IMG/VR virus record: IMGVR_UViG_3300036984_000039
Span: 1 to 64,000 of that record
Origin: a virus
Lineage: Duplodnaviria > Caudoviricetes
Direction: 5' to 3' (one strand)
Length of the DNA stretch: 64,000 nt
A model generated the notes under the pieces. It was given only the letters and a program-made list of their open reading frames with translations. It made no database searches and was not told the DNA's origin. Every line of letters begins with the position of its first letter. Positions within the stretch are counted from its first letter, which is position 1. Below, in pieces: positions 1 to 8,975 of the stretch. Both the position numbers and the translations under genes were made by a program.

Positions 1-35
1 TCGACACGGGTGGCGACAAACTGACTGCCGATACG

Positions 36-3000
36 ATGACGAAGATCGGTGAATGGCTGTTGGCCGTACTGACCGAGTTCGACAAAAAGAGCGTTGTGTG
101 GGGCAAAGAGACGGCGGCCCGGCTGCAAGCCATGTGGCAGAACGCCCTGGATGAGTGGGCCATAGAGCGCGACAAGAACAGGGCCTTGCAGGTAAAGTCG
201 CTGGAGACCTGGTGGGAAAGTCTGCTGGCGGATTGGGAGGTGGAGCGCGACAAGAACAGGGCTTTGCAGGCAAAGTCGCTGGAGACCTGCTGGCAGGGCA
301 TATTGGATGCCTGGGGGGTGGAGCGCGACAAGAACAAAACATCGACCTCCAAGTCTCTAGCAGAGTGGTGGCAGGGTGTCATAGCAGATACTAACGAGCT
401 AGTGGCGTGGGATAAGGCGCTGAGCAAGGCTGGCACGGATGTAATTACGGGTCTCATCGACGGCCTCGACAGCCAATTCAAAGATTTGGAAAGGAAAATC
501 AAAGAGGTCGCCAAGACGATTCAGGATGCCATCCCCGACCCGTTGCAACTGCTCTATAACGTCGGGCGCGACATCATCGCCGGCCTGGCGCAGGGCATCG
601 TTGATATGAAGGACCACCTGCTGCGGCGGGCGCAGGAGTTATTCGACGCACTGCCGGTGTGGGCGCGTAAGATATTAGGCATCGCCTCGCCATCAACGGT
701 GTTTGAGGCGCTTGGGCGCGACACGATGGCCGGCTTTGCGCTGGGGCTGACGGCCGGCGCTGTGCCCGTGCTCGGTAGCATCACCAACACGATCCAGGCG
801 ATCATCGCGGAGTTTGCGGCGCTGGCGGGGTGGGCGGCCTCGCCGAATAGTGGCTTTGGCAGTGCCAAGGCGGTGCTCGAACCTCTGAGCGACATGCTGA
901 CCGATCTACAGGGCATCCTGGAAGGGCTGGATGCTTTGGCGGACTTCGTGCCACGGACAAACATTGCGGCGAAGCTCCCGACACTTTTTGAGGGCATCAA
1001 GACCATCGTGCGCGGGTTTGCCGACCTGTCTGGCTGGGCGGCGGATCCGGCGCATGGCTTCTGGGGCGCAAAGGCAGTGCTGGTTCCGCTGGGCGAGATG
1101 CTCGAAAGCCTGCCGTCAATTCTGGATGCCGTGGCGGCTATAGCGGCCTATGATACGAAGCTGGCAAAGGCGCAGGCGGGTGCGGCGCTCGTGATCGAGG
1201 CGATCCAGGTGATTATCAGTAAGCTGGCGGAGTTGAATCGAAAATTGGTGCCAGCCGAACTGACCGATGCGCTGGATTTGGCACGTGTGCTTGGGCAACT
1301 GGCCGAGGGCCTGGCAGCCGTGCCAACGCTGCTAGAGGTAATCAATGGCGCGCTGAGCCTGAGTGAGCGCCTGTTGCGCGGCTTTGTGATTCCTGACATT
1401 GCGCAGTTGCGGCGGGTGGGCACGTTCATCGCCCAACTGGTGACGGCGGTCGGCGAAGCGGCGGCGCTGGTGGATGGGGAACTGCGTGCGGCAGCTATCC
1501 AACTGGCGACGAGCGTAGGGCCGGTGCTGACTATCGTCGGCGACGCCATTGATTTGATCAGCTATATCGGTACATATGTCTGGAAGAATCAACAGGCATG
1601 GGCCAGACTAACGTTCGATAGCTACCAGATCGCACAGTTTATTTATTATCTCATCGCCTGGCTAGGGAACATGAGCCTCCAGTTGAGGTCGGGTCTGCTG
1701 CCTGCGGCGCGCGAGTTGGTGGACGCGGCCGGGCCGGCGTCGGCGCTGGTCAAAACGGCGTTGGAAGCCATCGGCAATATCGGCACGTATGTCTGGAAGG
1801 ATAAGTATGCATGGGCCAGACTAACGTTCGATGGCTACCAGATCACACAGTTTATTTATTATCTCATCACCTGGCTAGGGAACATGAGCCTCCAGTTAAG
1901 GTCGGGTCTGCTGCCTGCGGCGCGCGAGTTGGTGGACGTGGCCGGGCCGGCGTTGGCATTGGTAAAAACGGCGCTGGAAGCCATCAGCTATATCGGTACG
2001 TATGTCTGGAAGGATCAACAGGCATGGGCCAGACTAACGTTCGATGGCTACCAGATCGCACAGTTTATTTATTATTTCATCGCCTGGCTAGGGAACATGA
2101 GCCTCCAGTTAAGGTCGGGTCTGCTGCCTGCGGCGCGCGAGTTGGTGGCTACGGCCGGGCCGGCGTTGGCGTTGGTCAAAACGGCACTGGAAGCCATCGC
2201 CGCAGTGCGCGATTACGTGCCGGTGCCCAGCCTCAATGCCATCGACAAAAGCCTACAACAGTTGGTGACGTTCGTTCAGCGGCTAGTGAATTTGCTCGGC
2301 ACGGCGACGGCGCTGATCACCGATAAGCTGCTGGAAGCGGCGCAAAAGTTGACGACCGCGGCCGGGCCAGCGTTAGGACTTATCAAGACGGGCATCGACG
2401 CGCTAACAGCGATCAAGGATTACGTGCTACTGCCCAGTCTAAACGCGGTGGACAAAAGCCTACAGCAACTCGTGACGTTTATTCAGAGGGTGGTCAACCT
2501 ACTGGGTACGGCTACGGCGCTGATCACCGACGAGCTAATAACCGCGGCGCAAAAGTTGACGACAGCGGCGGGGCCAGCGTTAGGGCTTATCAAGACGGGC
2601 ATCGACGCGTTGACGGCAATCAAGGGCTTCGTACCACTACCTACTCTCAACGCGGTGGACGTAAGCCTGCAACAGTTGGTAACATTCGTAAAGCGGGTGG
2701 TCAACCTGCTCGGTGCGACCTCCGCGCTGGTTACCGATGAGCTAATGACAGCAGCACAAAAAATGGCAGCCGCGGCGGGGCCAGCATTAGGGATTATCAA
2801 AACGGGCATCGATGCGCTGATGTCAATCAAGGATTACGTGCCATTGCCCAGTCTCAACGCGGTGGATGTGAGCTTGCAGCAGTTGGTGACGTTCGTCAAA
2901 CGAGTGGTGAATTTACTCGGTGCGGCCTCTGCGTTGATCACCGACGAGCTAATAACCGCAGCGCAAAAATTGGCAACCGCGGCGGGGCCGGCGTTAGGAC

Positions 3001-4613
3001 TTATCAAAACGGGCATCGATGCACTGGAGTCAATCAGGGATTACGTGCCATTGACTAGCCTTAACGTGGTGGACGTGAGCCTCCAACAGTTGGCGACGTT
3101 CATCAAGCGGGTGGTGAATCTACTGGGAGCGGCTTCCGCACTGATCACCGACGAGCTAATGACCGCAGCGCAAAAAATGGCGACCGCGGCGGGGCCAGCA
3201 TTGGGACTTATCAAAACGGGCATCGACGCACTGATGTCAATCAAGGACTTCATTCCGCTGCCCAGTCTCGACGCGGTGGACGTGAGCTTGCAACAGCTTG
3301 CGGAATTCGTGCAGCGGGTGGTGAACTTGCTCGGCGTGACGGCAGCGCTAATCAGCGACGAACTGCTGGTTGCGGCACAAAAGTTGGCGACCGGTGCCGG
3401 GCCGGTGCTCGGTATCGTGAAGTCGGCTGTTGACGCGCTGATGTCGCTCAAGGATTACGTATCACCAGCGGCATTGGCTCTCGACGCTTTTACAGCCGAT
3501 ATAGGCCAATTGGTGCTGCGCCTTAGCACGTGGGCGGCCGGTAATCTAACTGATGCACTCGTCAAGGCCGCACAGAATTTCGGCGCGGCAACGGCAACGC
3601 TATTTAGCGGGCTGGGCGGTGCGTTTACCACCTTGACCAGCGTGCAGGAGTATGTCGGGCCGACCGAAGATGCACTGAACCGTTTCATGGCGGACGTTTT
3701 TGCACTGGTAAACAAGATAGCGATATGGGCGGCGGGCAATCTGACCGAGGAATCAGCCAAAGCAGCAGGTTTATTCGGTGATGCCACAGGTGGCTTGTTC
3801 GGCGGACTCGCGGATGCTGTAAGCGTCTTCAAGGATTTGCAGAGCTACATTCCGGTGCTCAACAGCCGCATCCAGGGCTTCCTGGACTCCGTAACCTACG
3901 CTTACAGCCTGATCGAGGACTATGCATCTCACGCTGGCGTACAGGCCGCTACAGCGGCAACTACGGCGTTTGCCACGGCTGCTGGTGGGGTGTTCGGGAT
4001 GCTGGGCACGGCGCTGGGCGTCGTCAAACAACTCACAGATGGCGCGGCAAGTTCGGCGCTGACCTTCAAAATCCGCATGGCCGATCTAATCGAGCGCATC
4101 GCAGGCACGCTGAGCGCCTGGCGCGCATATGTGGCAAAGGAGAATCTGGTAAGCTGGCTACCGACCGCGACGGAGTTTGGCACGGCGCTCGAACAGGTAT
4201 TTGGTGTGCTGGAACGCGCGCTGAATCTGTTCACAGCACTGGGCGAGCATGGCTTACCGAGTATGGCGCAGTTCCAGGATTTCATCGACTACGTGGCCAA
4301 GATCATGCAGTCGATTGCTGGAGGTCTGGGCGGCGGCGGGGATGCCGAGAGCCTGGGCGCGGGGTTGGGCAGCGCCATTGGGCACGGCATGGCGCTAGGG
4401 CTGGCCGGGGCAACCGCCGAGGTGCAGGCGGCGGCGCGCCAGTTGGCGCTGGCGGTGGAGCCGGGGCTACTGGGCGGCAGCTATACGGTGACGAGCGAGC
4501 GGCGCATCGTCGTGGAGTTCACGGGGCAGGCGGGCGGCGGCGTGCCGCTCAATCCGGCGCAGTTCGAATTGCTAAAAAACGAACTCGCCTACGCCATAAG
4601 AATTGGGGCCTAG
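36..4613 (+). CDS. Phage tail tape measure protein (5' part lies outside the window)
   Basis: Long Ala/Leu-rich helical ORF, open from the window edge. Contains the LGIASPSTVF motif typical of tape measure proteins and internal tandem repeats; lies upstream of tail genes. Confidence 0.85.
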   Translation: MTKIGEWLLAVLTEFDKKSVVWGKETAARLQAMWQNALDEWAIERDKNRALQVKSLETWWESLLADWEVERDKNRALQAKSLETCWQGILDAWGVERDKNKTSTSKSLAEWWQGVIADTNELVAWDKALSKAGTDVITGLIDGLDSQFKDLERKIKEVAKTIQDAIPDPLQLLYNVGRDIIAGLAQGIVDMKDHLLRRAQELFDALPVWARKILGIASPSTVFEALGRDTMAGFALGLTAGAVPVLGSITNTIQAIIAEFAALAGWAASPNSGFGSAKAVLEPLSDMLTDLQGILEGLDALADFVPRTNIAAKLPTLFEGIKTIVRGFADLSGWAADPAHGFWGAKAVLVPLGEMLESLPSILDAVAAIAAYDTKLAKAQAGAALVIEAIQVIISKLAELNRKLVPAELTDALDLARVLGQLAEGLAAVPTLLEVINGALSLSERLLRGFVIPDIAQLRRVGTFIAQLVTAVGEAAALVDGELRAAAIQLATSVGPVLTIVGDAIDLISYIGTYVWKNQQAWARLTFDSYQIAQFIYYLIAWLGNMSLQLRSGLLPAARELVDAAGPASALVKTALEAIGNIGTYVWKDKYAWARLTFDGYQITQFIYYLITWLGNMSLQLRSGLLPAARELVDVAGPALALVKTALEAISYIGTYVWKDQQAWARLTFDGYQIAQFIYYFIAWLGNMSLQLRSGLLPAARELVATAGPALALVKTALEAIAAVRDYVPVPSLNAIDKSLQQLVTFVQRLVNLLGTATALITDKLLEAAQKLTTAAGPALGLIKTGIDALTAIKDYVLLPSLNAVDKSLQQLVTFIQRVVNLLGTATALITDELITAAQKLTTAAGPALGLIKTGIDALTAIKGFVPLPTLNAVDVSLQQLVTFVKRVVNLLGATSALVTDELMTAAQKMAAAAGPALGIIKTGIDALMSIKDYVPLPSLNAVDVSLQQLVTFVKRVVNLLGAASALITDELITAAQKLATAAGPALGLIKTGIDALESIRDYVPLTSLNVVDVSLQQLATFIKRVVNLLGAASALITDELMTAAQKMATAAGPALGLIKTGIDALMSIKDFIPLPSLDAVDVSLQQLAEFVQRVVNLLGVTAALISDELLVAAQKLATGAGPVLGIVKSAVDALMSLKDYVSPAALALDAFTADIGQLVLRLSTWAAGNLTDALVKAAQNFGAATATLFSGLGGAFTTLTSVQEYVGPTEDALNRFMADVFALVNKIAIWAAGNLTEESAKAAGLFGDATGGLFGGLADAVSVFKDLQSYIPVLNSRIQGFLDSVTYAYSLIEDYASHAGVQAATAATTAFATAAGGVFGMLGTALGVVKQLTDGAASSALTFKIRMADLIERIAGTLSAWRAYVAKENLVSWLPTATEFGTALEQVFGVLERALNLFTALGEHGLPSMAQFQDFIDYVAKIMQSIAGGLGGGGDAESLGAGLGSAIGHGMALGLAGATAEVQAAARQLALAVEPGLLGGSYTVTSERRIVVEFTGQAGGGVPLNPAQFELLKNELAYAIRIGA
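1557..3452 (+). repeat. Coding tandem repeats in the tape measure gene: 3 x 213 bp (71 aa), then 6 x 207 bp (69 aa)
   Basis: TATGTCTGGAAG at 1575, 1788, 2001 (period 213). GATTACGT-type anchor at 2211, 2418, 2832, 3039, 3453 (period 207). Also 3 x 78 bp at 165, 243, 321. Confidence 0.9.
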
Positions 4614-4647
4614 ACGCCATGCTGCATAGTGTATTGCGGAGCGTGAG

Positions 4648-5511
4648 ATGAGCCAGGTGACGGTAATCGTGCCCAGCCGCAACGAGCAATTCCTGACGGC
4701 GACGCTGCGCGACGTGCTGGCGAACGCGCGCGGCGACATCGCCGTGTATGCCATGCTCGACGGCTACGATTTACCAGCGCAGGAGGTCATTGACGATGCG
4801 CGGCTGACCTATCTACACCTACCGACGCAAAGCTACACCCAGAAGCGCCATGCCATCAACTGGGCGGTCGAACTGGCGGCGGGGCCGTACATCATGGCGT
4901 TGGATGCGCACTGCCTGGTGGCTGAGGGTTTCGACGTGGTACTGGCGGAGAACTACGAGCCGGATAGCGTGATGATCCCGCGCCGACACCGGCTGGACGC
5001 GGAAAACTGGTGCTTGCAGACGCAAAGCGACGACCGACCGCCGATTGACTACGAGCATACCATGTTCCCGCTAAAGTTCAGCCCGGTGGGGCTGCACGGC
5101 TTCCGTTGGGATGCGCGCACGCACGAGCGTGCCGAGATCCCAATTGACGAGACGATGCACTTCCAGGGTAGCTGCTGGTTTATGAGCAAAAGCTGGTTTG
5201 CGCGCTGCGGTTTCATGCAGATCGAAGGATATTCGGGGTGGGGCCAGGAGGCGGAGGAAATCGGGTTGAGCACCTGGTATCACGGCGGGCGGGTGCTGAC
5301 CAACAAACTGACCTATTATAGCCACTTGCACAAGGGGCAAAGATACGGGCGGGGTTACTACATGAGCAATGCATCGGTGCACGCCTGCAACGCCTACTCC
5401 TATAACCTGTGGGTGTACGAGCGGCGCGCGTTCTTCGAGAAGTTTGTGGAGCGGTTCTGGCCGATACCGGGCTGGCCCACGGACTGGGAGCGGCGGCTGT
5501 ATGACCTGTAG
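4648..5511 (+). CDS. Glycosyltransferase family 2
   Basis: N-terminal VIVPSRNE, MLDG, DxH (LDAHC) and GWGQEAEE GT-A motifs. Confidence 0.85.
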   Translation: MSQVTVIVPSRNEQFLTATLRDVLANARGDIAVYAMLDGYDLPAQEVIDDARLTYLHLPTQSYTQKRHAINWAVELAAGPYIMALDAHCLVAEGFDVVLAENYEPDSVMIPRRHRLDAENWCLQTQSDDRPPIDYEHTMFPLKFSPVGLHGFRWDARTHERAEIPIDETMHFQGSCWFMSKSWFARCGFMQIEGYSGWGQEAEEIGLSTWYHGGRVLTNKLTYYSHLHKGQRYGRGYYMSNASVHACNAYSYNLWVYERRAFFEKFVERFWPIPGWPTDWERRLYDL

Positions 5512-6013
5512 AACGCGGTTCGGCAATCCTGAGCCAGTGGCTAGCCACCTCGTGCTGCTGACCAGAGTGTTCGATCTCTCCAGCGGGCCGGTGTTGGAAA
5601 TCGGCACCGGTTATTTCAGCACGCTGCTGCTGCACTGGCTGGCGACCACCTATCGGCGCGAGGTCGTGTCACTGGAGAATAGCCCTGGCTGGTACGAGCG
5701 GGCGAAGAAGTATTGCAACGACTATCATCGCGTCGAGTTCGTCACATCCTGGGCGGTCGCTGATCTGGAGGGCCGCCACTGGGGCATGGCGTTTGTCGAT
5801 CACTCGCCAGGCATGAAGCGACCAGTGGAGGTCAAGCGCCTGGCGGATCACGCCGATTATATCGTGATCCACGATACGCAGATGGTCGCGACGGATGGTG
5901 AGTTTTGTTTCAGCACGGCGTTCCCGGCTTTCAAGTGGCGCTACGATTACACCAAGACGCTGCCGTGGACTTCCGTGATGAGCAACTTCAAGGATTTGAG
6001 CAATGTGCCGTAA
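5501..6013 (+). CDS. Class I SAM-dependent methyltransferase-like protein
   Basis: VLEIGTGYFS motif I, then FVDH and IVIHD. ATG at 5501 overlaps the end of the upstream GT. Confidence 0.7.
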   Translation: MTCRTRFGNPEPVASHLVLLTRVFDLSSGPVLEIGTGYFSTLLLHWLATTYRREVVSLENSPGWYERAKKYCNDYHRVEFVTSWAVADLEGRHWGMAFVDHSPGMKRPVEVKRLADHADYIVIHDTQMVATDGEFCFSTAFPAFKWRYDYTKTLPWTSVMSNFKDLSNVP

Positions 6014-6785
6014 GCCGTTAGTTTCGGTGGTGATTGCAATCTACAACAGCCACGAAATCGTACTGCGGCAGGCTATGTGGCTGGCGCGCATGGGGTTGAC
6101 CTCAGACGTAGAATTCATCTTCGTGGATGACGGAAGCATTCCGCCACTTGACGAATGCGCGTATCGACTCCCTGGACTGCGTATCTTGCACACTGGAAAC
6201 CAGTTAGCGTGGACGCAGGGATTGGCGCGCAACCTGGGGGCGGAACAGGCGTGCGGCGAAAACTTGCTGATGACCGACATCGACCATATCTTGTCACGGG
6301 CGGCTATCGAGGCGGCGTGCCATTATCAGGGTCCTAAAATGATCTTTCGTCGGCAGATCGGCATCCTGGATGCACAGGGCTATCTGCGGCAGGATCGGGC
6401 GACGTTGGCGGAGTGGGGCTATGTGGGGGACAAGCTCGACGCTTCAGTACACGGCAACACGTGGGCCATGCCGCGGCGCGACTTCCTGGCACTCGGCGGC
6501 TATGAGCGGGCGACATGCGAGCGGGGTTATCACCCGGCCAGCCGCCAGGGCGACGATTGCTATTTCAACAGCAAGTGGAACAAAGCGCATCGGGGCGAGA
6601 CGCTGCACACGGGGCCGGACATCTATCTGTTTCCACTGGGGCGCTTCAACGTGACCGGCGAATTGAATCCTTTCGGATTATTTCATGGTTTGCATCAGCG
6701 GGAGGAACGGGCATGGAAGGGGCAGGAGGTGCAACCGGGCACGTTTCCGGTGTCATCACTAGGCAGCGAGGCGGCGTATGAGTGA
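6003..6785 (+). CDS. Glycosyltransferase family 2
   Basis: VSVVIAIYN, FVDDGS, ARNLG, TDIDH (DxD), LGGYE motifs. Confidence 0.88.
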   Translation: MCRKPLVSVVIAIYNSHEIVLRQAMWLARMGLTSDVEFIFVDDGSIPPLDECAYRLPGLRILHTGNQLAWTQGLARNLGAEQACGENLLMTDIDHILSRAAIEAACHYQGPKMIFRRQIGILDAQGYLRQDRATLAEWGYVGDKLDASVHGNTWAMPRRDFLALGGYERATCERGYHPASRQGDDCYFNSKWNKAHRGETLHTGPDIYLFPLGRFNVTGELNPFGLFHGLHQREERAWKGQEVQPGTFPVSSLGSEAAYE

Positions 6786-6985
6786 ACTGGCGACGGAGTG
6801 GCGCGTGGCCGACCTTTGGGATAGCCGGGGGGCCGAGGAATAGCATTGAAAGCATTTAGCTCAGCGTCGGTGATCACCCACCGTCCACCGACCTTGCTAC
6901 CCAGCCGGCCCTGCTGGCAGAACTTGCGTAGCAGGGCCGTGGACACACCAAGGAGAAGAGCGGCTTGGGGAATAGACATCATCAT
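6695..6985 (-). CDS. Helix-turn-helix (excisionase/MerR-like) DNA-binding protein with an AT-hook-like tail
   Basis: SIPQAALLLGVSTALLRKFCQQGRL...GGRWVI and PPGYPKGRP. Start overlaps the upstream small ORF. Confidence 0.7.
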   Translation of the reverse strand: MMMSIPQAALLLGVSTALLRKFCQQGRLGSKVGGRWVITDAELNAFNAIPRPPGYPKGRPRATPSPVHSYAASLPSDDTGNVPGCTSCPFHARSSR

Positions 6986-7194
6986 GATTTGGCTGCATCC
7001 CGACTTTTCAGGAAAGCGACCCACGTGTCATGCATGGCTGCGCTGGCCGCCTGATATTCTGGATTGGTTTCCAGGCCAACCTTGTGCAGATCGGGGAAAA
7101 GCTGATCGTGAATATTCCACAAAGTGGTTCGGGCTGCGACGTGAGCAGCGTATAGCGCATCGGTCTGGGTGGTCTGAGTGGTAGGAGTCTTCAT
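6982..7194 (-). CDS. Small hypothetical protein
   Basis: RBS GGAAAGGA before the ATG; directly downstream of a consensus promoter. Confidence 0.65.
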   Translation of the reverse strand: MKTPTTQTTQTDALYAAHVAARTTLWNIHDQLFPDLHKVGLETNPEYQAASAAMHDTWVAFLKSRDAAKS

Positions 7195-7211
7195 GGTAGT
7201 TTCCTTTCCGG

Positions 7212-7282
7212 TACTAGAATTCTGTTACTAGAATTCTGTTTCGATCTTTTTATACTATAGCATAACTGCAACAGTTTGTCAA
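7212..7282 (-). promoter_or_regulatory. Sigma70 promoter (TTGACA-17-TATAGT) plus a 14-bp tandem repeat, a putative operator
   Basis: -35 at 7282-7277, -10 at 7259-7254. TACTAGAATTCTGT x2 at 7212-7239. Confidence 0.8.
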
Positions 7283-7310
7283 GGTATCTACTGAAACGTT
7301 AAGGTGCAAA

Positions 7311-8966
7311 ATGCGAGATTTAGCCATACTCATTCCAAGCCGCAATGAGATGTTCCTGGCGCGCACCATCCAAGACATCCTGGAGCATAGCGAGGCCGAT
7401 ACCGAGATCCTGGCCGGGCTTGACGGCGCGTGGGCCGAGCCACCCATCGAGGATCATCCACGGGTGACGCTGCTGCACGTTTCGGAGAGCATCGGACAGC
7501 GCGCCATGACCAACCAACTTTGCAGACTGACTACGGCCAAGTACGTGATGAAAACGGACGCCCATTGCGCCTTCGATCAAGGCTTTGATCGCAAGATGCT
7601 CAACAAGATGCAGGACGACATCACAATGGTTCCGATCATGAGGAATTTGTGGGCCTTTAATTGGGTCTGCCCCAATGGTCATACGCGTTACCAGGGGCCA
7701 TCGGGGCCGTGCACGGAATGCGGCGCGCTGACAGAGATGGACGTGGTATGGATCCCGAAGCGCAACCCGCAGAGCACCGCCTATCGCTTCGATAGCACGA
7801 TGCATTTCCAATACTGGAACGAGTTCGGCAAGCGGCAAACCGGCGACCTGACCGAGACGCTTTCGATTCAGGGTTCGTGCTTCATGGTCTCCAGGGCGAA
7901 GTATTGGGCGCTGGATCTGTGCTCGGAGGAGTTCCACTCGTGGGGACAACAGGGCGTCGAAGTGGCCTGCAAGACGTGGCTCTCTGGGGGCCGGGTGCTG
8001 GTGAACCGGACGACCTGGTATTCCCATCTTTTTAGGACTCAGGGCGGGGATTTCTCATTTCCGTATGAATTGCCACAGCGCGAGGTGGACGAAAACCGAG
8101 AGCTATCCCGTGTGCTGTTCCAGCGCGACGGCTGGCCAGGAGCGATCCACCCGTTCCAATGGCTGATCGACAAGTTTCAGCCACCCGATTGGGTGACGAC
8201 GCCAGTGCCAGCGGAACCCAGCGCGGTTAAGGTTGAGGCTGAGGCTAAGGCAGCGCCGGCTGTGGCCGGCGAGGTTGAGCCAACGAAAGGCATCCTCTTC
8301 TACACCGACAACGCGCTGAACATGCGGCTGGCCCGGCTGTGTCGCTCTTATATCGCAGCGGCGGGGTTGCCGATTACCAGCGTGACGCTCAAGCCGACGA
8401 ACTTCGGGCGCAACATCGTGCTGGCGGAGGAGCGGGGCTATCGCACGCTGTTCCGGCAGATCGAGGCGGGGCTGGCGGCCATGACCGAGGATATCGTGTA
8501 TTTTTGCGAACACGACGATCTTTATCATTCGGCGCACTTTGAATTCACGCCTCCGGACGACAAGACGTTCTACTACGCCGGCAACTGGTGGCAGGTGCGA
8601 CTGAGCGACGGCCTGGCGGTGCATTACGATCTGACGCCATTGGCGGGACTGGTGGCATATCGTGAGCCGCTGTTAACGCACTTTCGGGAGCGCAATGCGC
8701 TGATCGCCGAGAAGGGCTTCGGCTATTGGATGGGCTTCGAGCCGATGACGCACGGTCGGGTCAAGTGGGGCAATTGGTATAACTTCGAGGTCTTCCAGCC
8801 GAATGCGCCGAATGTTGACCTGGCGCACCGGGGCAACCTCACGGCGAAACGCTTCACACAGGAGCGTTTCATCCGCAAGCCGAAATTCTGGGACGTGGCG
8901 GACAGCGCGCACGTACCCGGCTGGCCGCAGCTTGCGGAACTCCTGGCGCCGTGCAGCGGTGCATAA
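7311..8966 (+). CDS. Two-domain glycosyltransferase (GT2 plus a second GT-A domain)
   Basis: N domain is a paralogue of 4648-5511 (ILIPSRNE, TDAHC, SWGQQGVE). A Pro/Ala linker leads to a second domain with GILFYTDN and FCEHDDLYH. Confidence 0.85.
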   Translation: MRDLAILIPSRNEMFLARTIQDILEHSEADTEILAGLDGAWAEPPIEDHPRVTLLHVSESIGQRAMTNQLCRLTTAKYVMKTDAHCAFDQGFDRKMLNKMQDDITMVPIMRNLWAFNWVCPNGHTRYQGPSGPCTECGALTEMDVVWIPKRNPQSTAYRFDSTMHFQYWNEFGKRQTGDLTETLSIQGSCFMVSRAKYWALDLCSEEFHSWGQQGVEVACKTWLSGGRVLVNRTTWYSHLFRTQGGDFSFPYELPQREVDENRELSRVLFQRDGWPGAIHPFQWLIDKFQPPDWVTTPVPAEPSAVKVEAEAKAAPAVAGEVEPTKGILFYTDNALNMRLARLCRSYIAAAGLPITSVTLKPTNFGRNIVLAEERGYRTLFRQIEAGLAAMTEDIVYFCEHDDLYHSAHFEFTPPDDKTFYYAGNWWQVRLSDGLAVHYDLTPLAGLVAYREPLLTHFRERNALIAEKGFGYWMGFEPMTHGRVKWGNWYNFEVFQPNAPNVDLAHRGNLTAKRFTQERFIRKPKFWDVADSAHVPGWPQLAELLAPCSGA

Positions 8967-8975
8967 GGACGACCC

